64,000 bases of DNA, taken from an uncultured candidatus Porisulfidus sp. GTDB taxonomy: Bacteria; Pseudomonadota; Gammaproteobacteria; Poriferisulfidales; Oxydemutatoraceae. The DNA lies in NCBI GenBank assembly GCA_965215125.1, contig OZ244052.1, positions 1,312,001 through 1,376,000 on the forward strand, read 5' to 3'. The notes below the pieces were generated by a model. That model made no database searches and had not been told where the DNA came from. It worked only from the letters and a program-made list of their open reading frames with translations. A program made the translations under genes and the position numbers. Of this stretch, positions 20,395-30,290 are shown piece after piece (the stretch's first letter is position 1; each line of letters starts with the position of its first letter).

Positions 20395-20468
20395 TAGCGG
20401 GGGCAGGATTTGAACCTGCGACCTTCGGGTTATGAGCCCGACGAGCTTCCAGACTGCTCCACCCCGCA
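20395..20468 (-). tRNA. tRNA-fMet (CAT)
   Basis: TGCGGGGTGGAGCAGTCTGGAAGCTCGTCGGGCTCATAACCCGAAGGTCGCAGGTTCAAATCCTGCCCCCGCTA; three G-C pairs in the anticodon stem and a 1:72 mismatch, both initiator features. Confidence 0.96.
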
Positions 20469-20504
20469 TCGGTAAATAGAAATGCATTCTATCATATAAT
20501 GTGG

Positions 20505-20530
20505 CATTCCCCTCGTGTGGAGGGGTGGTT
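20505..20530 (+). repeat. Collapsed REP-like copy after the lipA stop
   Basis: cattcccctcgtgtggaggggtggtt. Confidence 0.7.
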
Positions 20531-20538
20531 CGCAAATG

Positions 20539-21468
20539 TTATTGGCTTGCGTGATAGGAGGAGCGCACCAAAGGCCCGCTTTGCACCCGTTTGAAGCCCA
20601 TCGCATAACCTAATTCTTCTAAATCTTTGAATTCACTCGGGCTTAAATAGCGTTGCACCGGCCAATAGCCTGAACCGGGTTGCAGATACTGCCCTAATGT
20701 AAGATGGTCTACGCGATGAGCGATTAAATCATACATAACGGTTTTTATTTCGGACAAGTGCTCTCCGAGTCCGAGCATCAAACCCGACTTGGTCGGGATA
20801 TCGGGGAAGCGGATCTTATGTGTGCGCAATAGATTCAGAGAACCATCGTAATCGGCTCCGCGGCGCACATCCCTATAGAGGCGCGGCACCGTCTCTAAGT
20901 TATGGTTAAAAACATCGCAGGGTGCTTTGCTCAGTGCCGAGAGCGCGTGGTCTACGCGTCCTCTAAAATCGGGTACCAGTATTTCTATTTTGATATGTTT
21001 GACTTTTTGCCTGATTGTAGAGATGCAAGAGACGAAATGACTTGCACCGCGATCGTCAAGATCGTCTCTGTCTACCGAAGTGATGACGACATAATCTAAA
21101 TTTAAGTCGGCAATCAGTTGTGCTAGGCGATGAGGCTCTTCGGGATCGGGTGGCGAAGGACGACCATGTGCAACATCGCAAAACGCACATCGTCGGGTGC
21201 AAATATCTCCTAAGATCATGAATGTCGCCGTAGATTGTGCAAAACATTCAATGAGATTGGGGCACTTTGCTTCCTCACACACAGTATGCAGTTTTCGTTT
21301 TCTTATCAGGGTGCGCATCGCATCGATGCGCGGGTTATTGTGCAACTTGATGCGCAACCAGGACGGCTTTTGTTTGACAGCTTGCGGCTGGACGGAGGCG
21401 ATATAGCGAGCGGGTATTTTATCAATGCCGCGGCGATGGGTTTTCGGTTCAAGACGAGAAGGAATCAT
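20539..21468 (-). CDS. lipA: Lipoyl synthase
   Basis: [27 protein letters not shown]. Confidence 0.98.
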   Translation of the reverse strand: MIPSRLEPKTHRRGIDKIPARYIASVQPQAVKQKPSWLRIKLHNNPRIDAMRTLIRKRKLHTVCEEAKCPNLIECFAQSTATFMILGDICTRRCAFCDVAHGRPSPPDPEEPHRLAQLIADLNLDYVVITSVDRDDLDDRGASHFVSCISTIRQKVKHIKIEILVPDFRGRVDHALSALSKAPCDVFNHNLETVPRLYRDVRRGADYDGSLNLLRTHKIRFPDIPTKSGLMLGLGEHLSEIKTVMYDLIAHRVDHLTLGQYLQPGSGYWPVQRYLSPSEFKDLEELGYAMGFKRVQSGPLVRSSYHASQ

Positions 21469-22112
21469 GGCTTTGATAGTTCACGATTTAACTCTTGTGC
21501 CAAGATGTCGGCTAATTGATAGCACACATCCGATATGTTTGCTCGAACACCATAATCCGATATTTGGGTCATTTTGATTCCTGCAAGCCCGCACGGAACG
21601 ATTGAGTCAAACGGCATTAAATCCATATCTACGTTGAGTGCGATCCCATGATAGCAACAGCCTTTATAGACGCATAAACCTAAGGAGGCAATTTTTGCTT
21701 TTGATACATACAGTCCCGGTGCACCACGAATACGCTCTGCTGTAATGCCGTAGCGCGCCAGCAAGATAATAACGGATTCTTCCAGTATGTTGATATAGGT
21801 TCTTAATGCGATACGCATGCGCCTTAAATCGAGCAGAGTATACAAGATTGCCTGACCGGGCCCGTGATAACTCGTCAACCCACCCCGATCGCTGTATACC
21901 ACAGGGATGGGATGATTACTCTTCATCGAATCCGATTTTGTTTGTCGCCGACCTTGGGTGTAGACAGGTTCGTGTTCCAATAACCAGAATTGATCGCAGC
22001 TTTGTGCATTGCGGTTATGCGTATACCGACGCATCTCTCGGTAAATAACGTTATATTCGCATCGCCCCCGATAGAGGTAATCAAAGTCTGGAGCATTATT
22101 AATAGTCATCAT
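21465..22112 (-). CDS. lipB: Lipoyl(octanoyl) transferase
   Basis: [40 protein letters not shown]. Confidence 0.97.
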   Translation of the reverse strand: MMTINNAPDFDYLYRGRCEYNVIYREMRRYTHNRNAQSCDQFWLLEHEPVYTQGRRQTKSDSMKSNHPIPVVYSDRGGLTSYHGPGQAILYTLLDLRRMRIALRTYINILEESVIILLARYGITAERIRGAPGLYVSKAKIASLGLCVYKGCCYHGIALNVDMDLMPFDSIVPCGLAGIKMTQISDYGVRANISDVCYQLADILAQELNRELSKP

Positions 22113-22177
22113 TACATATTAAACTATTAAACGGGGTTTTGCTCCAAAATGTCTGCTGCTCACCCGTAGGAGGCGGT

Positions 22178-22445
22178 ATTCCTCTCCTGTGGAGGGATGT
22201 CAGCGAAACCTGCCGGGTGGTTGCGTTGTATCTGCATGAGTATAGTGCCGGTACATTCCCCTCCTCTGGAGGGGTGGCAGGCGTAGCCTGACGGGGTGGT
22301 TGTCAAATATGGAAACCATAATCGGGCGGCGCAAAGCGATTGGGTTCTTGCAAAACGGGACTTTTTCAACAGCCCTAGAAGTGTCTGCACAACGTTACGC
22401 CGATTGACCTACTGTCTCAATCGGCAGGTATTGCATTTTGTAATG
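22178..22445 (+). repeat. Cluster of REP-like elements plus the GCCGATTGA palindrome module
   Basis: Copies at 22178-22222 and 22254-22301 joined by a gtatctgca linker; inverted palindrome module at about 22398-22425. Confidence 0.85.
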
Positions 22446-22776
22446 TATGCATTATCCAATGGTTGGGGTTCCGCACAACAAATTTAAAGTATATTTAATC
22501 AATTTTTCAGTATAATGATGAACACTCAAGTAGATTTACAGTACCTAGGAAGTCGGAGGTGACACGCCGCAGACAACTTTGGCATTAAAGCCCGTATATC
22601 ATATTAGGTTTAAAGCACCAGAGTTTATGATATAAAACTTAGCGAGACCTCCGGCGTTTCTTATTGCCAAGATTCAATTTGCACTAGTGCAGTACTTACT
22701 CGTCGCAAAATAGGATACAATACACGCCATAGTAAGATTATTAAAGAAACTATATTAAAGAATTAGGAGAGATTGT

Positions 22777-22854
22777 ATGACTTTATATCGTGTAGTAGCA
22801 GCGGTTGTCGGCTTGGCTTTGATGATAGCTGCCTATCTTTTAGCACAGCAATAA
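22777..22854 (+). CDS. 25-aa single-TM small protein (not in the ORF track)
   Basis: MTLYRVVAAVVGLALMIAAYLLAQQ*, with AGGAGA 6 nt upstream of the ATG. Confidence 0.6.
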   Translation: MTLYRVVAAVVGLALMIAAYLLAQQ

Positions 22855-22884
22855 TTCTTACACTATTAAAGATAAAGCGAAGAC

Positions 22885-23529
22885 GTGCGGTTAATTATCA
22901 AACACCCACGGTGCTTGTTGCTATGTGTACTGCTGGTTCTGGTTAGGGCTGCGGGCGCAGAGTCCGTTGTCGTCTCGGAGCAGGCAACGGTTCAAAACGA
23001 CACTATGGAGGTGCTTTTCGTAGCTAAAGTACTCAGTGGTTCCCCCGAGTCTGCAATACTGGATGTAGAGACGCTAACGGACTGGGCTTTTTCTTATCAA
23101 AGTAGCTATCCCGAAGTAGCTATGTTGCAAGCAACGCCGCAAAGGGCGCAATACTACGACCCGAAGAAACGGTTACAGGAATGGTCGGCATCGCAAGAAA
23201 TCAAGCTCAAGAGTGAAAATCTAGAAGAGATACGCGCGCTAACGAGCGAGTTACTGGATAGGTTGGATCCGGTGAGGGTACAGTTTCTTTTATCCGAGAG
23301 GGAGCGTGCGAAGATAGAGAAGATATTGCTGGCTAAGGTTTTGCAACGCTATGAAGATAAATCCGCTGCGCTTTCGGTTAAGCCGCAACACTATATCAGA
23401 ATCACTGCAAACAATCTCGCAAATGATACCAGCAGTGCGTTATCCAAGACTCTTTTAGAGGCGAGGTCTCTGGATGTGAACTTCCAACCGGGGTTCAGCA
23501 TTATCAAAGTAGAACTGGTCGGTATCTAG
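22885..23529 (+). CDS. Exported protein, SIMPL/DUF541-like
   Basis: Signal peptide ending AAGA; V-x-NDTM, WSASQEIKLKS, VQFLLS and QPGFSIIKV resemble the SIMPL family. Confidence 0.55.
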   Translation: MRLIIKHPRCLLLCVLLVLVRAAGAESVVVSEQATVQNDTMEVLFVAKVLSGSPESAILDVETLTDWAFSYQSSYPEVAMLQATPQRAQYYDPKKRLQEWSASQEIKLKSENLEEIRALTSELLDRLDPVRVQFLLSERERAKIEKILLAKVLQRYEDKSAALSVKPQHYIRITANNLANDTSSALSKTLLEARSLDVNFQPGFSIIKVELVGI

Positions 23530-23613
23530 TTTTTTAACCGTTCATCGCTTATATAGGTCGTTTGGTACCGAATGTGTTGCCATACGCAACTGACCGATTA
23601 AACTTTAATCGCT

Positions 23614-24537
23614 ATGAAAGCGATAAAACGACAAATCTCAACACGTGGTTTCACATTAATAGAACTATTGCTGACATTGGCATTGGGTGCCTTTGTCGTT
23701 GCAACCTCCGTTGCGTTATATCAATACATCAAAGATGCCTACATAGACAGCGGCAAACGATTATTAACCACCGAGAGGCTGATTGTATCGCAGCGTATAT
23801 TTAAGGAAGCCTTAGCGGGTTCCATTGAAAGTTGCAACACCGCACCTGTCCGGTTGAGCTTGGTTAATAGTTCGCAAATTTGGCTGCAGGCGAGAAAATC
23901 GGCAGCGGAAGTTTACTCCGCTCATAGCACTATCGGGGACTTAAAAAAGATCGGCAATCAGATCGGCGAGCGCGAAGCCACCAGCGATGTATTGTTACTG
24001 AGTCCTGCGGTATTGCCTGCTACTCCGATTATGCTACACGATGTGGGAAACGATAAATTTGTCGTCCAAGACAGCATCGGTTTGACTCGCGGCGGACTGG
24101 CGGTTGTTTGTGATGAGAATGCCGCAATCATTTTTCAAGTGGCTTATACAACCGGTCGCCACATACATTATGCGGGTAGCGGTATTGCTCCCGGCAATTG
24201 TCCGAGTGCATTCACCTCCGAGCAATGCGGCGGCAATTATCGTTTTGATAAAAATGCGTTGTTGGCACACTACGCACCGTCGCTCTTTTATATTGCGCAC
24301 GGTCACGCAGGGTTGGCATTGTATCAACAAAAGCCGATTATTTTTCGTCAAAGTCATAATCGGCGTTTATCAATACGCGCTCGGGAGATTGTCTCGGGCA
24401 TTATACAACTGCAAGCTACAACGAACCGTACGGATGCCGGCCACGGCACCGGACTAGTTGTGCAGCTTACGGTTGCAGGCGATGCCAATACAAACCACCG
24501 GTATCATGAGAAACACCTGTATACCCTACCGCTTTAG
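23614..24537 (+). CDS. Type IV minor pilin, PilW-like
   Basis: RG|FTLIELLL; DVL, GGLAVVCD..A.IFQV, FYI and EIVSGI motifs. Confidence 0.75.
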   Translation: MKAIKRQISTRGFTLIELLLTLALGAFVVATSVALYQYIKDAYIDSGKRLLTTERLIVSQRIFKEALAGSIESCNTAPVRLSLVNSSQIWLQARKSAAEVYSAHSTIGDLKKIGNQIGEREATSDVLLLSPAVLPATPIMLHDVGNDKFVVQDSIGLTRGGLAVVCDENAAIIFQVAYTTGRHIHYAGSGIAPGNCPSAFTSEQCGGNYRFDKNALLAHYAPSLFYIAHGHAGLALYQQKPIIFRQSHNRRLSIRAREIVSGIIQLQATTNRTDAGHGTGLVVQLTVAGDANTNHRYHEKHLYTLPL

Positions 24538-25186
24538 GAGGCGAAACTGCGGCGCGATTTTGGTGCTGATGTTGGTGTTGGCAGGGCTGATCAGTTTGTT
24601 GGCAACGAGTAATCTCGAGCGTAGCAAATACCGCACCTTGCTCAATGATGCAATGGCAACCCGCGCGCAAGTTGACGATGTGTTGATGCACACCTTGCAA
24701 CACGGGCTTGTTCATATAAACGAGCGATTGAGAAGAGAAGATTTTAATGTTGCACAACGCGGTCTGTACGAAACCGTTATGCCCGAGCGATTGGAAAGCG
24801 ATTATCGCCGGTTTGCTCGTCCGGTGCCAAGCCCAATTTCAGGTATGGACACCGGCTATTGGATAGAACTATTTTCCGAAGGCTCTTTCATTCAAACTGC
24901 GCCAAGTAGATTCTATTTAAGTTGTAGTCTGTTGATCAGTACTTATGCACAAAGCTCCGATATGCCTACGTTATTTTCACAGGCACTGGTTGAGACTACG
25001 CTACCTACTTTAAGTGTGCCGACGACGGATACGAATGTAATCAAACTTGGCACCTTACCCGAGACCAAAGTTATTGCAACTAAAACCTTGTACAATGCCA
25101 GATACATATTGGACTCTTTAGAACCTAATCTTTCCACTAGGAAAAGTACTTTTCCTAGTGGAAAAATACCTCTTAAATCAAAGTAG
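24506..25186 (+). CDS. Type IV minor pilin, PilX-like
   Basis: CG|AILVLMLVLAGLISLLA (no Glu5); lies between PilW-like and PilE-like genes. Confidence 0.65.
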   Translation: MRNTCIPYRFRRRNCGAILVLMLVLAGLISLLATSNLERSKYRTLLNDAMATRAQVDDVLMHTLQHGLVHINERLRREDFNVAQRGLYETVMPERLESDYRRFARPVPSPISGMDTGYWIELFSEGSFIQTAPSRFYLSCSLLISTYAQSSDMPTLFSQALVETTLPTLSVPTTDTNVIKLGTLPETKVIATKTLYNARYILDSLEPNLSTRKSTFPSGKIPLKSK

Positions 25187-25191
25187 CCGAC

Positions 25192-25572
25192 ATGATGCAA
25201 AGAGGATTTACCTTATTAGAGCTCATCGTGGCAATTGCGATTTTCGGGCTGTTACTTACGATTGCACTGCCTAACTATCATCGTCACGGCGAGAAACTTG
25301 CAATTATCGATGCCAAACATAAGCTAGTGGAAATAATGCACTTAGAAAATAAATATTTTTCCGAACATGCCACCTATACCGTCGGTATCACATCGGACTT
25401 AGGTGTGGGAAGCTCCGCCTCCGACAGGGGCGATTATCAAATTGTTGCGAATGCCTGCGGTGTTGGAATACATCAATGTGTAGAACTCAAAGCCGTTGCA
25501 GTAAAGGGAGACAAGCCGGAGTTAGTGATAGATTCTTTAGGCAACAGACACCCGGAGGTATTATGGAAATAA
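25192..25572 (+). CDS. pilE: Type IV pilin, PilE-like
   Basis: QRG|FTLLELIVAIAIFGLL..IALPNY; EN.YF...TY; L.IDSLG. Confidence 0.8.
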   Translation: MMQRGFTLLELIVAIAIFGLLLTIALPNYHRHGEKLAIIDAKHKLVEIMHLENKYFSEHATYTVGITSDLGVGSSASDRGDYQIVANACGVGIHQCVELKAVAVKGDKPELVIDSLGNRHPEVLWK

Positions 25573-25629
25573 CGATAGATTGAACCGGAACCGCAATGTA
25601 ACCGACATATATAGGGGCAGAATAGAGCC

Positions 25630-25811
25630 GCCGATTGAGCCAGTAGGTCAATCAGCCATATAAAGTCGCCGATTGAGCCAGTAGGTCAATCAGCCATATA
25701 AAGTCGCCGATTGAGCCAGTAGGTCAATCAGCCATATAAAGTCGCCGATTGAGCCAGTAGGTCAATCAGCCATATAAAGTCGCCGATTGAGCCAGTAGGT
25801 CAATCAGCCAT
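25630..25811. repeat. 38-bp perfect tandem repeat, 4 full units plus 30 bp
   Basis: Unit gccgattgagccagtaggtcaatcagccatataaagtc starts at 25630, 25668, 25706, 25744 and 25782. Confidence 0.97.
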
Positions 25812-25824
25812 TATGACTCCGCCC

Positions 25825-26805
25825 TTAAACTGCGCGTTTTGTAACGAATCGGCTCAGCATAGCGAGTGAGTCTTTATAAGGAGACGGAGGTATCGATTCT
25901 AGACTTCGGTATGCTTGCTCGGCATAATGTCGCGCTTGATTTTGGACATAAGCGAGTGCCCCGATTGTCTCTAGTAATTCTCGTACTTGTGCAACAGCCT
26001 CGCCGTTGCACAAGGTTGATTCCAAAAACTTGATTTGAGAGGCATCTCCGTTTTCAAACGCATATATCAACGGTAGTGTGAGTTTCCCTTCGGCTAAATC
26101 TTGCCCCCAGTTTTTATCGGTATTTTGGTTATAGTCTATGAGATCGTCCACTAGTTGAAAAGCGAGCCCTAAATTTAATCCGTAAGAGGTCATTGCTTCT
26201 GCAATCTCAGGTTCCCGCTCGCTAAGCATCGCACCCGTTCGGCACGCCACTTTGAACAAAGTTGCCGTTTTGCGCGTGATGATTTCCATATAGATAGCCT
26301 CGCTAAGATCCCTGCGATTTAAGTTGATAAGTTGCTGCACTTCTCCTTCGGAAATCGTGTTGGTCGCATCCGAAATGTCTTTTGATATGGCGGCACAATT
26401 GATACCGTATAGAATCTGGAAAGCCCGAGAATAGAGAAAATCACCGACCAGCACGCTTGCACTATTACCCCATAGTGCTTTTACGGTTTTTTTACCGCGC
26501 CTGAGCGACGCATCGTCAACCACATCGTCATGTAGCAAAGTTGCGGTATGAATAAATTCAACGACGGTAGCTAATGCGATGTGGTCGTTTTTTTCCGAAC
26601 GATAACCGCTTGCCAATGCCGACAATAACACCAGTATCGGGCGTATTCGCTTACCTCCCGCACCGATGAGATGATTACTGAGCTCAATAATGTACGACAA
26701 ATTGGAGTCCAGTCGTCTTTCTATTAGTTGTTCTAGTTTGCTTAGTTCATTCGCAATCGGGGTAGTTATTTTCTCGGGTGTTTTCGTCATCGGTGTTCGT
26801 TTCAT
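25825..26805 (-). CDS. ispB: Octaprenyl/polyprenyl diphosphate synthase
   Basis: GGKRIRP, LLHDDVVD..RRG, FQLVDD, DLAEGKLTLP. Confidence 0.93.
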   Translation of the reverse strand: MKRTPMTKTPEKITTPIANELSKLEQLIERRLDSNLSYIIELSNHLIGAGGKRIRPILVLLSALASGYRSEKNDHIALATVVEFIHTATLLHDDVVDDASLRRGKKTVKALWGNSASVLVGDFLYSRAFQILYGINCAAISKDISDATNTISEGEVQQLINLNRRDLSEAIYMEIITRKTATLFKVACRTGAMLSEREPEIAEAMTSYGLNLGLAFQLVDDLIDYNQNTDKNWGQDLAEGKLTLPLIYAFENGDASQIKFLESTLCNGEAVAQVRELLETIGALAYVQNQARHYAEQAYRSLESIPPSPYKDSLAMLSRFVTKRAV

Positions 26806-26956
26806 TAAGTGTATCGGTTTTCAATAATGTCTAATACGCGGTGATTACTCTATCAAAATATTATTATAGCTTTATATTCTGTTTTTGATTTTCGGTGTAT
26901 AATCTGCCGCATAGTCAGACTGTCATACACAGAATTACTTTTAATCAAAATTAATA

Positions 26957-27688
26957 ATGTCGGATAATAATAAACGCCCGAGTGGACGAGCCTGTGACAG
27001 GTTACGTAACATTAGATTTGAGAGGCATTATACCCGCTATGGTGAAGGCTCGGTGTTGAGTTCTTTTGGTGATACTAAAGTGATATGCACTGTGAGCATA
27101 GATGACAAAGTACCCAAGTTTCTTAAAGGCAAAAATCAAGGATGGTTGACGGCAGAATATAGCATGCTACCGCGAGCGACCGACGAGCGCAATACCCGCG
27201 AATCCATCAATGGAAAGTTAAAGGGGCGTACTCATGAGATACAAAGAATGATCGGACGTTCGCTCCGTGCATGTCTGAATATGAAGGCCTTTGGCGAACG
27301 TACAATTTTAATAGATTGCGATGTTATACAAGCCGACGGTGGCACGCGTACGGCAGCTATCTGCGGTGCTTATGTTGCACTATGCGATGCGATCGCGTAT
27401 ATGTTGAAACATCGGAAAATAACCGAAAACCCTATACATAGTATGGTTGCTGCGGTCTCCGTGGGGATCTATAAAGGCCTGAAAGTATTAGACCTTGATT
27501 ACAGAGAGGATGCCAACGCCGAGACCGATATGAATTTGGTGATGAACGAAGCAGGTCATTTTATAGAGATACAAGGTACTGCCGAAGGACATGCGCTACG
27601 CCTCGATGAACTGCACGAACTATTAGATCTGGGGCAGTCGGGTATACAAAAGATACTTGAATTACAAAAACACAGCCTTTCGTCATAA
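26957..27688 (+). CDS. rph: Ribonuclease PH
   Basis: [37 protein letters not shown]. Confidence 0.98.
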   Translation: MSDNNKRPSGRACDRLRNIRFERHYTRYGEGSVLSSFGDTKVICTVSIDDKVPKFLKGKNQGWLTAEYSMLPRATDERNTRESINGKLKGRTHEIQRMIGRSLRACLNMKAFGERTILIDCDVIQADGGTRTAAICGAYVALCDAIAYMLKHRKITENPIHSMVAAVSVGIYKGLKVLDLDYREDANAETDMNLVMNEAGHFIEIQGTAEGHALRLDELHELLDLGQSGIQKILELQKHSLSS

Positions 27689-27689
27689 G

Positions 27690-28283
27690 ATGCAAACTCT
27701 CATCGTTGCAAGTGCTAATTCTTACAAGCTCCGAGAATTAACGGCTATTTTATGGGAACTTGATGTGGCGTTGCAATCTCAATCCCAACTGGGGGTTACG
27801 CCCGTAGAAGAGAACGGCATGAGTTTTTTAGAGAATTCTTTAATAAAAGCCCGCCATGCCAGTAAGGCAACCGGTTTACCGGCATTGGCCGACGACTCGG
27901 GCTTAGTTGTAGATATTCTCGACGGTGCGCCGGGCATCTATTCTGCGCGCTACGCCGGTCGTAATGCAAGTGATGAGGACAATCTTAAACAACTGTTGGA
28001 ATCGCTATCCGTACACGAAGGCGAGCAATTTAGCGCGCATTTTCATTGTGCGGCGAGCTACGTACGTAGCCCGCAAGATCCTATTCCCATTGTTGCCGAG
28101 GCAAACTGGCACGGATGTATCATTGCCGAACCTAAGGGAAGCAATGGTTTTGGGTATGATCCGGTGTTCTATGTTCCCGAATTAAAAAGCACGGTTGCAG
28201 AGTTGTCGGAAGCGACTAAAAATAGGTTTAGCCACAGAGCAAAGGCCTTTAAGAAATTATGTACCAAAATGCAACGATTGTAA
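27690..28283 (+). CDS. rdgB: dITP/XTP pyrophosphatase
   Basis: LADDSGL, GAPGIYSARY, GFGYDP, SHRAKA. Confidence 0.97.
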   Translation: MQTLIVASANSYKLRELTAILWELDVALQSQSQLGVTPVEENGMSFLENSLIKARHASKATGLPALADDSGLVVDILDGAPGIYSARYAGRNASDEDNLKQLLESLSVHEGEQFSAHFHCAASYVRSPQDPIPIVAEANWHGCIIAEPKGSNGFGYDPVFYVPELKSTVAELSEATKNRFSHRAKAFKKLCTKMQRL

Positions 28284-29437
28284 GGCAAACAGCACAATAT
28301 CGTCTGCCGCCTTTATCGTTATACATACATTTACCTTGGTGCGTGTCCAAATGTCCTTATTGCGACTTTAATTCTCATACAACATCGAAGCCCCTTAACC
28401 AAAAGGGATATACCGATGCACTGATTGCCGACTTGGAATGTGATTTACCGTATGTGCAGAACCGCATTTTGAATAGTGTGTTCATAGGCGGTGGCACACC
28501 GACTTTGTTCGACGCCGACACGATAGCATGGTTGCTTCAGTGTATAAAAGCTCGTATTAATTTCGGGACACGATGTGAAATCACCATAGAAGCCAATCCG
28601 GAAAGTGCCGACTTGTTAAAGTTAAAAAAGCTAAGAAAGGCGGGGATCAATAGAATCTCAATTGGTATGCAAAGCCTGAATGACCGTTTGCTTGAACGCA
28701 TAGGGCGCGCCCATAATGCAGAACGCGCCTTGCATGCCTATGAAAATGCTCGTCTGGCAGGTTTTTCAAATATCAATTGCGATTTGATGTTCGGTTTGCC
28801 CGAGCAAACCGAAGAGCAGGCCATGTCCGATCTGACGCGCGTTATGGAACTTCAACCCGAGCATATTTCGTGGTACCAGATGACTATTGAACCGAATACG
28901 TTCTTTTATACCCATAGACCTCGACTGCCCGATGACGATAATATTTGGCAGTTGCAGTCGGCAGGGATACAACTACTTCAAGAGCATGGTTATAAGCGTT
29001 ATGAAGTATCGGCGTATAGCCGTTCAAGACCCTGTCAACATAACTTAAACTATTGGCAATTCGGTGATTATTTAGGCATTGGTGCAGGTGCCCACGGTAA
29101 GCTCACACTGGCAACCGAGAATAAAATTGTGCGCACCCGCAAACACAGATTGCCCGAGCGATATATGGAAAAAGCTATGGACGAGGGAAACTGCGTGGAG
29201 ACTCGCCGACTAAAAGCATCCGAGACCAGCTTTGAGTTTTTACTGAACGCATTAAGGCTAACCGACGGTTTCGCCAAGGAGCTATTTAGCCGAACCGGGC
29301 AGTCCGATACCATATTAGAGGAGAAACTTGCTCCTTTTATAGATAAAAGGTGGATTATATCCGACGAACGGTATCTAAAACCAAGTTCGTACGGCATACG
29401 ATTTTTGAATGAAATCCTAGAGTATTGCTTGCCCTAA
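28259..29437 (+). CDS. hemW: Radical SAM heme chaperone HemW
   Basis: LYIHLPWCVSKCPYCDFNS, GGGTP, HNLNYW; follows rdgB. Confidence 0.96.
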   Translation: MYQNATIVRQTAQYRLPPLSLYIHLPWCVSKCPYCDFNSHTTSKPLNQKGYTDALIADLECDLPYVQNRILNSVFIGGGTPTLFDADTIAWLLQCIKARINFGTRCEITIEANPESADLLKLKKLRKAGINRISIGMQSLNDRLLERIGRAHNAERALHAYENARLAGFSNINCDLMFGLPEQTEEQAMSDLTRVMELQPEHISWYQMTIEPNTFFYTHRPRLPDDDNIWQLQSAGIQLLQEHGYKRYEVSAYSRSRPCQHNLNYWQFGDYLGIGAGAHGKLTLATENKIVRTRKHRLPERYMEKAMDEGNCVETRRLKASETSFEFLLNALRLTDGFAKELFSRTGQSDTILEEKLAPFIDKRWIISDERYLKPSSYGIRFLNEILEYCLP

Positions 29438-29456
29438 CGATAACGAGGCATATTGT

Positions 29457-29649
29457 TTATACACAGATTGTTGAATTACCGAGGTGGATTATGGTATCTC
29501 TTAGAATATAACGATATATTTAAGGTTATAGAATTTATTATGGTAAAACAATAACTTAAATGATTTTCTGATAAGAGTAAAGTAATTGCTTAAGTAAAAC
29601 AATATATTTTATACAACTACCTGATAAGATTTCCACAGAGTTATCCACA
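29457..29649. other. AT-rich intergenic stretch with DnaA boxes and an IHF-like site
   Basis: TTATACACA at 29457, ATTTCCACA at 29629, TTATCCACA at 29641; AAACAATAACTTA at 29546. Confidence 0.45.
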
Positions 29650-29723
29650 CCCTTATTCAAGGTAATATATTCGCCTTCTGCCACCCAATTACGCAAACCA
29701 CTCGGCGATATCGGATATCAAAA

Positions 29724-29759
29724 ATAATACTTGCGTAAAATACTAAAGTATTATATGAT
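29724..29759 (+). promoter_or_regulatory. isc promoter overlapped by an IscR type-1-like operator
   Basis: -35 TTGCGT (29731), 17-bp spacer, -10 TATGAT (29754); palindromic ATAATACTT-N13-AAGTATTAT. Confidence 0.75.
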
Positions 29760-29791
29760 GTACCGCTTAAAGCTAAAAATGTGGAGGATTT

Positions 29792-30274
29792 ATGCGCTTA
29801 ACTAATAAAGGTCGCTATGCAGTGACGGCAATAGCCGATCTCGCTATTCACGGTAGCCGGATGCCGGTATCGTTGGCGGATATTTCAATCCGCCAAGATA
29901 TTCCTATATCTTATTTGGGACAATTATTCATGCCGTTGCGCGAGCGCGGTTTGGTGAAAAGCCAGCGTGGTCCTAACGGTGGTTATCGCTTGGCAAAAGA
30001 GAGTTCGGAGATTTCTATTGCCGATGTAATCAATGCGGTCGATGAAAAAATTAATACGGTGCGTTGCGGTGGCCGGACTAATTGTCAGAAGAACCAACAA
30101 TGTCTAACGCACACCTTATGGGAGGAAATGGAAAACCGAATAAAAGATTTGTTTGCGGAGATTTATATCTCCGATATCGTTTCAAACGATAAAGTGATGG
30201 AGATTTCCGCTAGACAAGATGCCTATCTAGCGAGGCAACAAGAGAATTTCTCGTTCAAAGTAGCGAGAGCATGA
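29792..30274 (+). CDS. iscR: Fe-S cluster assembly regulator IscR
   Basis: [13 protein letters not shown]; RGPNGGY; C-x5-C-x5-C-x2-H. Confidence 0.97.
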   Translation: MRLTNKGRYAVTAIADLAIHGSRMPVSLADISIRQDIPISYLGQLFMPLRERGLVKSQRGPNGGYRLAKESSEISIADVINAVDEKINTVRCGGRTNCQKNQQCLTHTLWEEMENRIKDLFAEIYISDIVSNDKVMEISARQDAYLARQQENFSFKVARA

Positions 30275-30290
30275 TTACAAGGAGAGTATT

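Noticed and set aside
22552-22655. Structured ncRNA or riboswitch bounded by cggaggt/acctccg
   Set aside because: There is only a 7-bp long-range stem and no motif I recognise; it needs an Rfam/Infernal search before any claim.
25630-25811. CRISPR array
   Set aside because: The palindromic 27-bp unit is separated by identical 11-bp sequences rather than unique spacers, and there are no cas genes or leader.
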